Positions 1-12,400 of a stretch of 64,000 bases of DNA are shown piece after piece. Made by a program: the position numbers and the translations under genes. Below the pieces are notes generated by a model that worked only from the letters and a program-made list of their open reading frames with translations, searched no databases and had not been told where the DNA came from. Origin of the DNA: Adineta vaga (Eukaryota > Animalia > Rotifera); NCBI GenBank assembly GCA_021613535.1, contig CP075494.1, forward strand, positions 12,214,001 through 12,278,000, written 5' to 3'. Every line of letters begins with the position of its first letter. Position 1 is the first letter of the stretch.

Positions 1-1541
1 TTGAAGAAAATTCCAATGAAAAATTCAATAAACTACTTGAAACTTATAATAAATTACGTGAAGAACATGTTGTTGTATTACGTCGAGTATGATCTGATTG
101 TTGTTATTCAGAATCATTTATTTCGATTTAGGAAGGAGAAAATAAAAAACAATTAACAGATTTAAATCAACAACATACACAATTGAAAGACGAATATAAA
201 GTAGAATTAGTTCTTTAATGATAATTTACTTATTTAGTTTCTAGAAAAAAGAAGAAGAATTTCATCAAAATTATGATAAACTTAATAATGAAATTATTCA
301 ATTACGTCAAACAAATGATGTAAGTAAATTTACTCTAAAGATTCATGTATAAATGACATCTTCGTTCTTCAAGGAATTGCAAGATCGAATTCAAATACTT
401 ACAGCTGAACGTAATGATTATCAATCGATGACAATAACGACAAAAGAACGTATAAAAGAAATTGAAAATGCAAAACAAGTATAAATTATATTGAAATTTG
501 AATCGAATAGGATATCTTAATATACATTTAGAATGTCGAGCAAGATAAATCTACATTTGAACAAAAATTACAACAAACCGAAGGAGCACGCCGTAATTTA
601 CACGATAAAAATCGAGTAAATCTTTGTCGATCTTTCTCTCATGAACAAAAAATAGTTATTAAAAACTTTGATTTTAGGAACATGAAGAAAATCTAATTGA
701 TTTAATTCATGATAAAGAAATGCTTGAGTTGAAAATCATCGATTTAGAAGAAACAACACGTGAATGGATGCAGAAATATTTAGATACAACTGATAAACAA
801 AAATTAATACAAGTTAATCATGAAAAATTGATCAATAATCTCAAACGACAATATAAATGTAAATGAAATGAAATGAAAGTCAATTTATAGTTCCTTTTTT
901 TCTTAATCTAGATTCGATATTAACCTTTTGTATCAATCAAATGCATGATGGAATCGAACGAACAAAAGATACAGAATTATTCCATGGAAAGAATACTTTC
1001 GAAAATCTTCCATCCAAACTACAAATGGCTGTGACAGCTGCAAAGAAAATCGTTGATCTTTCGAAAAAACAAAATGAATCGGATGAAAGTTCGTACACAT
1101 ATTTCACTGTTAATAAATTCATCACGTAAACTGAATATTTCACAATGACTAAATCTCTATTTTAGCTACTACTTTATCATTCTTAAATGAATGTATGATC
1201 TTATCGAATTATATGGTTGATATTGTTATACATGGCAAAGCAGCGTCGAACGCCGTTTCAGATGTTAATCTCAGCAATAATTGTCGAGATGTTACTTTGC
1301 ATTGTATTGACCTTTATAATAATTATCAAACATGTTCGTATTGGAAACGTTTTTATTTCTCTTCTAAGAAATTTTTTGATTTCAGCATCAGCAACAAATG
1401 ATATTGATAAACAAATGGATGAGTTAATACAACGTTTAAATTCATTAATTGAAAAGGTTAAAACGTCCTCGAAAAAGGTAGTCTTTTATTCAAATAAACT
1501 TTATTTTTCATTCATTCTATTTCTAGAATACATCCAAATAA
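1..1541 (+). CDS. HIP1/HIP1R (Sla2)-like coiled-coil protein, 3' part only; multi-exon; ends without an I/LWEQ (THATCH) domain
   Basis: Spliced exons read KFNKLLETYNKLREEHVVVLRR (HIP1-type coiled coil), then ...MILSNYMVDIVIHGKAASNAV..., resembling the HIP1 helical region upstream of THATCH. Last exon ttctag|AAT ACA TCC AAA TAA stops at 1541. The 5' end lies outside the window. Confidence 0.6.
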
Positions 1542-1712
1542 ATCCAAAAAAAATTACATTATAAACTAGAAGGTTTTCTTTTTATTATTTCGATATGGGT
1601 CAGTCTAGGGTATCTTGTTATTGTTATTGTTTTGAAGTATTGTTCGGTGAAATGAAAAATAAAATCATTCTAATCTGTAGACTATTGTTCAGCTGTTGAT
1701 ATCTTATTTCAT

Positions 1713-1733
1713 AGAGAGAGAGAGAGAGAGAGA
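1713..1733. repeat. (AG)n microsatellite
   Basis: About 10 perfect AG units. Confidence 0.95.
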
Positions 1734-2079
1734 TGAAAAGAGATATATCTATATCTGTCGATAGGAATGTAATTAGAACTGTTCATTCGAGTTCAATTTC
1801 GTTTTTATGAAATCATTTCAAGTAAATTTTACAGGTACATTGTGCTTATTTTAACCTTGAAAAACTAAGTGAAGAAAGATGTAAAGTTTTGGTATGTGAC
1901 CTTGAAAGAATGTACTATTTTTATTACGAGCATTCAAGGTTTTTTCGCTCATTTATATGATTGAAGTCATTTTATTCAACGTACATATAAATACAGCACA
2001 AAAAGACTCCCATCACATTACTAAAAAAATACTCTTGAGCATATAGATTTCATTTCTTTTCTCTTTTCAACCAACGACA

Positions 2080-3203
2080 ATGAAATATTTCATCATTCTC
2101 TTTGTTGAACTTTCATTTCTATCAGTAAGTTTCATTTGATATATATATCTTCACAGAGATTAATAGTCGAAGATAGATTTATGATACAACAATATTATGG
2201 CGAATTAATGTCAATCCTCCAGCATATTTGTTTGGTACAGTCCATTTACCACAACCAATTATATGGCCTTCACTTTCCAATACTGTCAAATCCGCATTTG
2301 AGAATAGCACAGATTTTCTTCCGGAATTTGATGTGACAAATTTCTTTTCATTTACTCGAGTAAGAATGTGCTTACAATCACATATGGCATCGATGGGAAA
2401 TGGTCCACCATCAAGACCTCCACCGGGTTTGTAATGAAATTCAATGTTTTCTTATGTTGAATTGTTCTTATACTAGGAATGATGAATCAACGAGGACCAC
2501 AGGCACCACTTCTTGATGTGTATTTGGCCATGGAAGCTCGTCGTAGAGGAAAAAATGTTGATTCATTAGAAACAGCTGATATTTATTGTGAAGTAATTTA
2601 GAAATTTTCTTCATAAAAAAAATAACTTGTTATTATTTATTTGTATTGATAGTTTACGAAATTTCAAATGGATAGCTTATCAAAAAATAATCCAGCGAAC
2701 ACAGGTCAACCACCATTTCCCAATGAAAATAGTCATGAAGAAGCCAAACGAATTTATAATTGTGATTTAAATTATCCTGGAGAACTTTTAGCACCATCGA
2801 CAGCTGAAATAAGTGATAAAGCATTATTAGTATTTAAACAACGTTTGGAAGAAATTGTTGATCGTCGAGATCGTCAAATGTCAGAAAAGATAAATAATTT
2901 ACTTGAAAATGCCACACCTGAAAAACGATATTTCTTTGCAGTTGGTTTCAGTGAGTAAAAAATAAACAGAATTTATTATATTTTGCTTGTTTTGTTTTAG
3001 TTCACTTAATGAGTCCAACAGGTCTTGTAGCTAAATTAAGACAAAATTATAACTATTCAATTACACGATTGTGTACAGATCCACTTCAATTTCGGTTTGT
3101 GATAGTTTTCAATTGATTACTAAATGTACTTTGTACTCTTTCGTTTAGCACTTCATTACGATGCCCAGCACCAAGTTGGTGTGATACAATCGCAGGCTTA
3201 TAA
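2080..3203 (+). CDS. Secreted Tiki/TraB (TRABD2-like) metalloprotease-family protein, 6 exons
   Basis: Signal peptide MKYFIILFVELSFLS; LWRINVNPPAYLFGTVH (Tiki LWTIKRDPPSYFFGTIH); PEFD; PLLDVYLAMEARRRGK; YNCD; RRDRQMSEKI...YFFAVGFIH (Tiki RNERIGKRV...FFFAFGAGH). Canonical short introns. Confidence 0.8.
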
Positions 3204-3492
3204 ACATAATCATTGAAAACTATTTGGACTAGTTTAAATTTTTCTCCTCTACTTGTGTGTTTTTAATTTCTAATTAAATAAACGAATAATTAAAGTGTTT
3301 TCGAATTTTATAAAGAATGATTTGAATATGCGCTGATCAAGGTCGATCTGTATAAACAGAACATTTTCTTTTCTTTTTCTTTTTTATTCGAACTAAAAAC
3401 GAGAAAAATATGCCACACCTCTCAGCTAGTAATTTAATCGATTGCATGTGCGTTTAACATAAATCTGGCGCGTTATATTCATTAAATATACA

Positions 3493-6400
3493 ATGAATCT
3501 TCACCTTGAAAAACTTTGTATACCTCGTTATCAACGTGATCCAATTTGGAAATTTTGGCAAACAAGTATAGCTCTCTATTTAAGTTCTTTGTGTTTTTTT
3601 TTCTATCTGTGTAATTAGATGCAAGATTGAAAAATATTCACCCACCTGAGTATTGGAAATCGTTTGATTATTATACGAAAAGAAATTTTCCTAGTGAACA
3701 AATTACAAAAAATGCTACTCGAGATATTTGTGAGGATTCACGTGAAACTACTTGCCATTATACAACATTAATTTATAAATTTCCATCTGAAAAGCAGTTG
3801 AATGAGAAAGGATTTCGTGTTTTTATTGATTTTGAACATCATGGATTAGAACATACGACTTGGAAAGAATCCATAGAACAAAAACAAAGGTTATATACAA
3901 AAACTAAACGATCGAATGTAAAATTTCTTCAATTAAATGTAAAAAATAAACAACAATCTCTAAATGAAGAGTATTTACGACGACAAGAACTTGCTCGATA
4001 TGTAAAATTACATACTGAAAAAGATAATCTATTTGCATTAGATAAAACATCCTATCCAAAGCAATCAATGCCCATGTCACGACGACCACGTGATGCTCTT
4101 CATATTGATTTTTATCAAGCACCTTGCTTCGAAGGATCAAAAGTTGAAGCAACATTTAAAACTTTCTATCATCGAAAATATCTTGTAAATCAATTCTAAA
4201 AATCATTCCTGAATCTTATGTAATTCTATTCTAATAGTTAAATCAACAATTTCGTGAATATACATTAAAAGATATGATTAAAACGGCATTGAATGCTGAA
4301 CTAAATATTGAAATCATCGGACATTTCACCTTATATCCAGTTATTATTTTCTTTCGTTTAGTAATCATTATTCTTTCCATTGGATTTTTAGAATGAATTA
4401 TCAAAACATGAAATCAAAATGTTTGAATTAACATCAACATTTGGCGATATCTACGAAGGTCATATTATTAAAATTAATAAAGACAAAATAGTTTTATTAT
4501 TAGCTTCGACATATCATTCAAATATTAAACTTTCACAAGTCGCAAATGATCCAACGAATATCGATACTAAAACTGATCAAGTAGATACCATAGATTGATC
4601 CGATTTGAATATAGATTTCGTTTAGCAATCAACAATAGAACAGATTATTCTCGATCATGTTCGAGAATATCTTCGAACACATCATGATCATTTGATTGAT
4701 CAAATACGACGTGTACAAATTGAATTAGAACCCGTATTAGATACTGACAAACGTCGTATCATTGTTCATTTATTAACCGATAAAGAAATGGTTGAAAATC
4801 TAACTTTCGAAATTACACAAGAACAAGAACCAAAATTATTTGATGATCATTTTCAACAAGAATTTTATTTTCTGCAAGGAAATCATGAAAAAACTATTCT
4901 CCATTCTGTTGAATATAAACTAAAACAACTACAAGATAAACGATATTCAGATTTACAACTCACATTAGATATGGAACATGACATAATGGATAGTATACGA
5001 AAGATGTTTCATGCGTATACGAATAAGATTTTCTCAACATATTCACGAGAAGAATGTATGCGAATAGCAATTGAACATCATTTTGATGATCTATTGGATA
5101 TATTGGATTTGGAAGAACATCAATCGGTTAGTGATGAACAAATACAGATGATGATAGATGATATACAAATGCGATTACGTCTTCAAATTGAACGTCGTCT
5201 AGTATGATTAGATCATTTTATTGGTTTACTAAAAATTGATAGTTTTCTAGAAAGCTGAAGAGACAGCTAAAATTCTTCTGATTGGACCATCGATAAAGAA
5301 AAGTAAATCTTATTTTTACTACTACTACATAAGAATGTTACATATCTTTCTTTTTCTAGCGATTAATTTTCCTGAAAAACAAGTAGTGGTACTCGATCAT
5401 CATCGAGAAATCTTTATTACTCGATCCGATTTTTATACTGGTCCAAGTAAAGTAAAAAATATTCAGTAAGACATAAACATTCTACTTTGCAGAAATTTTG
5501 ATATTATTTTAATTTTTTAGACGTCATGAAAGTGGTCTTATCTTGCACGAGGAAATCGATGGTGGACCAAAAAGTTTCGATCGATTACCCATGAGTATTG
5601 ATTCATTAACACTTCTAACACGTCATCAACAACGAAAACATCTAGCTGATGAACAATATGACAATAGTATGATTTTACTTGGAAATGGCTTACATCGCAA
5701 AATTTTATCGACAGAGAATCGAAAAGCGTTTTCATTTTCTGTCGAATGTGTTCAGAATAACAGAGAGAAAGATTTAACACCACATCTAGATGAATCAGAT
5801 CATGTTAGTTTGAAAACATTGAATACGACTTCTTTAAATACGAAAAGTTACAATAAATCAGCACATCCTGCAAAGGTATTTGAATTGTATTTTATTTAGA
5901 TAAACTAGTTTTTATTTTCAAGTTTGATCGACAAAAACAAATTAAGAGAAGATTATCTCGATCACCTGCTGAATATGGTAAACATAAACAAAAACGAAAG
6001 AGATATACGCGTTATCAACTGGCATCAAAAGCATTGATAAATAATAGATATAGAAAATATTCATTTTTTAAGAATTTACTCTTAATACGTCGAAATAGTA
6101 AACAAAAACGATTGAAAACATTGAATAATATCAATTTCAATGCAATTAAAAAACATTTGCAAGAAATATTCACTGATCTACAAAAGAATTCGATCAGTAA
6201 ATCAACAGAATACTTGTCAAGTAAGTTTTGATACGTGCTCTAATAAACAAATTATTGTGACAAAGAATCTTCGGAATCGATTTCTTCTTATTGTGTAAAA
6301 AGTATGAATGAAAGACAAATTCTTATGAAGTTTATAACTAAGCTTTGTTTCATTGGCTGAATGAGAACTTAAGTATTGTTCCGTATCAATATAGAGTTTG

Positions 6401-9400
6401 TTTTTACGAATATATTTGATTAATAGTTAAAATATCATGATTTGTCACCTAATAAATTAATTCTTGTTTTTAGAGAAAGAACGATTAGTGAAACAACAGT
6501 CATCATCACAATACATCAACATGAATATGGATGAAAAGGATCTTATTGGTTCTAGGGTAAATATACTGATTTCTATAGGAAGTGTGATGATAATTATGGT
6601 AAATATAACAAATTGAAGGAAAGTCAAGAATCACAAATCACGCAAGAACAACTTCACGACGAAGGATTTCAAGAAAAAGGTAGATTTTGACTTTATAAAA
6701 AGTTACTTTAAACTATTTTCTATACCTATCATTGATTCAAAGACTTGGATGATGATAGTTATGACGAGAGTAAAACGAGTATTGATACAGAACGTTACTT
6801 AAAATCACTATATGATTCGTTATCATCCGTTATGAAACAAGTTCATCAAATATACGAATCGAAATCCTCTCAACTTCTGTATGTAACTATAAAAGTTTAT
6901 CATTAAAAATGAACATAATCTATTATTAGAGCATCATTAGATTTAGCTCATATTTTTATTACCTTTCTTCACATGAAAAAAGATCCTGCACATGAAATTG
7001 CTTCTCGAATTATTAATGCTCGTCAACAATTAGTTCGAACTCAACGAACACAAAAGTCATCGTTTAATAATACTATTCATAACGAAAACGACACGTCAAA
7101 TCTAGATATACACGAAGAAAAGAACCTCGATGATACATCAATTAGTTCTGGAATGATATCTATTGAAAGTAGTGATACAACATTGAATGGAAATGATAGT
7201 ACATCTCGCAGTAGTATTGCCGACGATGATGATCATTACACAAACTATGACATACATAAAAACACAATTTTTCGTACTTCAAACTCTCAACATATGATGA
7301 ATCGTATGACTGCTTATCTATCGAAAGTTGATTGGAGAGTGTTCAATTATATTACGAAAGAGTTTTTACAAAATGGTAGAAAAAATTCTTTTCTTCGAAA
7401 AGAAATAAAACGATCTCTTGTTTTTTTTGTAGGAACGATGATTACTAGTCATGCTTTAGAATTTTCAAAGGCATTACTGCTCGATCTTATGTATGTATTA
7501 CGATAAATTTCTTTCTTTTTTCAAAACTATTCATAATTTTTCGACTCAGTGAAGATAGTGTTTATGAAACATATTTTCATCTAAAATGGTGTTATGATTC
7601 TTGTATTGATTCAAATACGAAATCGTACATTGAAAAGATGTTTATTGAAGAATTTCTTAAGAAATCAATCAACATTCTTTTTCATCGTCTTCAGTTAATT
7701 AATTCACCACTATTAGAAAACATTGCTTTGATGCAGACATTAAAGAAATATGTAACTACAAATTTACTTCACGCATTAATTTCTACTGAAGATCATCCAT
7801 CACCCATCGGTTATAATTCATGCATTTGGTTTTCTACTAGTAAGACAATGATATATCAATTTCAAATGTAATTTTCGTTTTCTTTAATAGATATTTTAAT
7901 TAAAACGATTTGTTTGTTATCAAATGATCTTTTTGATCAAATCAGTCATGATTATTTAGCTGATTATACAAAATTTGAATATATGTTAATATCTTGCTTT
8001 CATAAAATAGAAATTGTTTCTAATCTTGACAATGTTATCAAGAAAAATTCTTCACATCCGATTCCAGATGCCAGATGTCTTCTACATGTTATTGATTTGA
8101 ATCAAGCACCGAAATTTTTTTCGGATCATGCATTCAAACGATTTCAACTTAGTGAAGAAGGACAATTAAACAACAATATTGAAGCACTAAAAGATCTAGT
8201 GTTACTTGATATTCAAAAACGTGTAAATATTCATTGATTACTTAAATAATTCAATCAATGTCAAATTTTTATTGTATAGAATGTTAAATCAAAAGAAAAA
8301 CTCCATCTACCACTAAGTATCAACGATTTAATAAAGCAACAACACACTCGTGTATTGAGTCCATCTCCTTGGATCGTAGCTCAATTTGAACGACGATGGA
8401 AAACTCAGAAATTATCTTTTGATGAATATAGGGAAGAAAAAGATTTGTATCGGTTCGATGAAACTACATCTTCCGGAAAAGTAGATAATCTTCCCATCGA
8501 AGTACGAACGATGCTAATTGATATGATCAGAAAATATGGTACAGTTGAAGAAAATGTTACAATGGAAATCACACAAGATGGTTTATCAGAAGAAGATGTG
8601 GCTCAATTAGTTGAAAATGCTATTGCAGCAGTCGAAAGATTTGATCGTGAGAATAATATTGGAGAACGAAAATTACAAAATAAGAAAACTATCAATGATC
8701 GATTGACAGAATTTTTCAAATATAGTGGACGACATGGAGTATGTGTCATAGATGTTTCTATAATGATTATTGTTTATTTATGATAGGTTCGTCTTTTGGA
8801 TGATGTTTTAAAAATCGCTAAACTACGTTCAAATGATCCCAAAAAATACATACCTCTTGCTGTTAATATTCTTAAAGATCGTTTAAAACAATATGGGTCA
8901 CCACAACACTCAAAGCAAACTGTTCGTTTTGCACATACACTAGAAACACTACTAACAGCAACGAACGACGAACCAGAACTTATTACAACAATACTCAAGA
9001 AAAACGTCGAGGAAAAGAAATCTGCAGATGATCATCTTATTCATAAGAATTCATCGCAACTAATATTCGAAGATTCTCGTAAGAAGGACATTTTTATACG
9101 ATAACTCGAGATATTCTATCGTTATCAATCCAAATAGTCAAAGGAGATCAGCATCTAAAGACTATAGCAACAATTGATAAAACAGTCAACTGAATATAAT
9201 AGTAGAGATCATTCTATAAAATTCATTTATTGCAGGTCCTGATCTTAGCGTGGCTCAACTAATCATTCTTAGTACATTATCGAATCAAACGCCGTTGAAA
9301 TTGACATCGATGCAAATTGAACAGTAAACCACCTATATAATGTTTAGCCTGTTGTGTTCTTACGTTATTTTGTTTCTACTAGAATATGTTTGAAACAAAA

Positions 9401-12400
9401 TCTCTCTATGGAACCAACTCATCTATACTTAGAAAAATTGATTCAAACAACAGAAGTTACCGACAGATTTCAATTGACAGAAGAACAGTTGATACAAATT
9501 GCCTTTGAGGAAAATATTCAAATTGCAGAAGGTATAAATTTATATTGCATGTATCCTGCTACTTCGTGAGTGTTTTGATTAACCATCGTTTGTTTGATCT
9601 AAATAATGTCAAAGTATAGAGTACATGTTCATCTTTTTTTGTATAGTTCATGTTGATGAAACATCGGACGACAATATTTATTTAACTGAAAGTCAAATTC
9701 AATCTTTGATTGCTCAGATTGATGTGATAAATGAATCATTATTGATTTCTGCTAGACATGAAGCTAAACAAGACCAACATTTGCCACTTGTTTTGCATCT
9801 CCATCAATTCATCGAACTATGTAGTCAACAGAGAATTAGTATGGAAAGACTTCTTCATAATGAATCAACCTTACAAAATTCATCACCATCATTCTTTGTC
9901 GACTCTAAGTTCAAGCTCAATCTTTCGAATTTACAAATGGCATATTTGATCAAAAAGAATCAATTCGATATAAATAAATTGTCAGCTATGCAACAGCACA
10001 TGGGAGCTCAAACATTTCGTTTAAATACATCACAATTAGCGTATTTGTTTCACAATCATCGTACTATTCAAAATCATACAATCGGTGGACTTTCTGCTAG
10101 TCAACTAATCGCATTGCATATGTTATATCCATCATTTTTCGTGCTCACTTATCAACAAATCGAACAATTAGCTTTAATACAAAGTGAAAGATTATTTCAT
10201 ATTTACTTTTATGAATTTGATTGAACCTATCTTTCTAATAATATTAGATATGCCACTGGAACATTTTCGAACACTATTTCCTTCTCAAGAACCCTTCGAG
10301 CTATCTCATAAACAATTACTTCAAATGGCAATGGAAAATAAAATAGTACCAACAGAAATATTATCACGGGATTTTGTTCAAAAATCGATATTATTAGATC
10401 TTGCGCAACTTTGCAGTTTGATTAGTCAAAATGATCTGTTGCTGTTTTTACAAAACTCTATTAATCCTATTCAATCAATGGAAGAATCAAATCAACGTTT
10501 TCAACGCATCTATTTAAATGTCAGTCAAATTCTTTCTCTTAGCTATCATTCTAACATCGATTTCAACCAAGTAACCACTTGTGTAACAGAAAATATCGAT
10601 GTGTGTAATTATTGAATATAATCTTCTTTTTCCACTTATTCCTTTATTTTTGATAGAGAGACGATTTTCGTCTCGAACCAGAACAATTTGCTACATTATG
10701 GAAACACAGTAATATTTCATTCGATGATCTTGAACACAATACAGTCGTACCAGATTCACAAACTCAATTCACTCTGACTGATGAACAATTCAGCAGTCTA
10801 CTTAGTTCAGTTTCTATTTCTGACTCTCGAATGCCGGTCAAATCAATAACTACCAAAGACATACATTTGAAAGTAACATCGTCTGAACATTCAACTGAAT
10901 CAAATGAATCTATCATCAATAAATCAATGGTCAGCGATGCACAAAATCAACCATCAATTTCATTTCCTGAACAATTAAAAGCTATAAACGAACGACTCCA
11001 ATCAAGTTTACGAGCTCATACTGAAGCAGTGAAAGTAGTATCAGATTCATTAGTAAAATATAATCGTATTGAAAATGCACTGAATCTTATTCATGACATA
11101 AGTTTACATTCTCTTGATGATGTATCAACTAAAGAGACTGAAACTATTCCATCTTTTGTGCTCGATCTATTGAAAATGAATACGATGACCGAAAATATGT
11201 ATAAATCAATTCAGCAAAGCGAAATAACTACAGATGACTTAAATAAAATGATTACAATGCAACAACTTAGTTTTTCACAAATTCATAAAATCCAAACACA
11301 ATTACTAACTCCCAAATTAATTGGTATGATATTCCTTTACATTCATGTCTTAATCAAACTAGTTTTTAGATAAACTTCAATCAGGTCAACTTTCACAGCA
11401 GATTCTTGATGCATATAAAAGTCAATCACCATTACAAATTATCAAGAATGTTCGATCATTAGCAGTACAACTGGATTCTTTATCTTTTCAACAACTACCA
11501 ACAATTTCTCAATTAGATAGCTCGATAGTATCAATCAAACAACAGACTACTAGTTCAAAGGATGATGTACAAGAATCGAACGATGGTAAGTAAAACAAAA
11601 CATCGACATACAAATATAGAATCTAATTTCTTTCTAGCTATGTTAGATGAAAAAAAACGACCAGATTCAATAGTTCTCCATTTTGAATCGGTGACAAATC
11701 GACAACAAATTTTACAAGAACTAAGTGAACGTCTTGATACTCAATTACTTGAACTGAACAAAGAGTATGGTATTGAACCTACAAAAGGTAATTCACGGAT
11801 ATTTTTCGCTCATACATACTATTCTTCTCAATAGGTCAATCATCAATTCGACAAATTACTGAAAAACTTCGAAAGATGCCCATTGCAGACGACATTGAAG
11901 ATTTAATTGGTCGACAAATCGATGAAGTCGATATTCTAAATATTTTCAATGGCCATACGAATAATCTATTTGATTCATCGACACTAAATATGACCAAAAC
12001 AAATGAATTAATCGAACGTAATATTCAACATCGATTCAATAGAATCAATGAACGAATTCATATAATACATCTTTGGCAAAATTATATTGAAAATAATCGA
12101 TTAAAACGTAGGTTGTCTTTCTTTCGTATTGGAAAAAGGTACGATTTTTGTCCTGTCTCATTTTACAGGATCAATGAATCTCGATGAGTATACCGCTATT
12201 GTCTTCGAAAACGTTGCACAATTCGAACAACTAACAAATCTTCATCTGACAGAAGATGATCTACATGTGATATCAATGAATCGTTTTACGTCACTTGAAC
12301 GAGTGATGAATCGTCATCTAACTGAATCAGAATATCGTCGACTACTTCTAACTAATACATCGTTCGAGTATATCGAAAAAGAACTTCTTGGACGTTCAAT

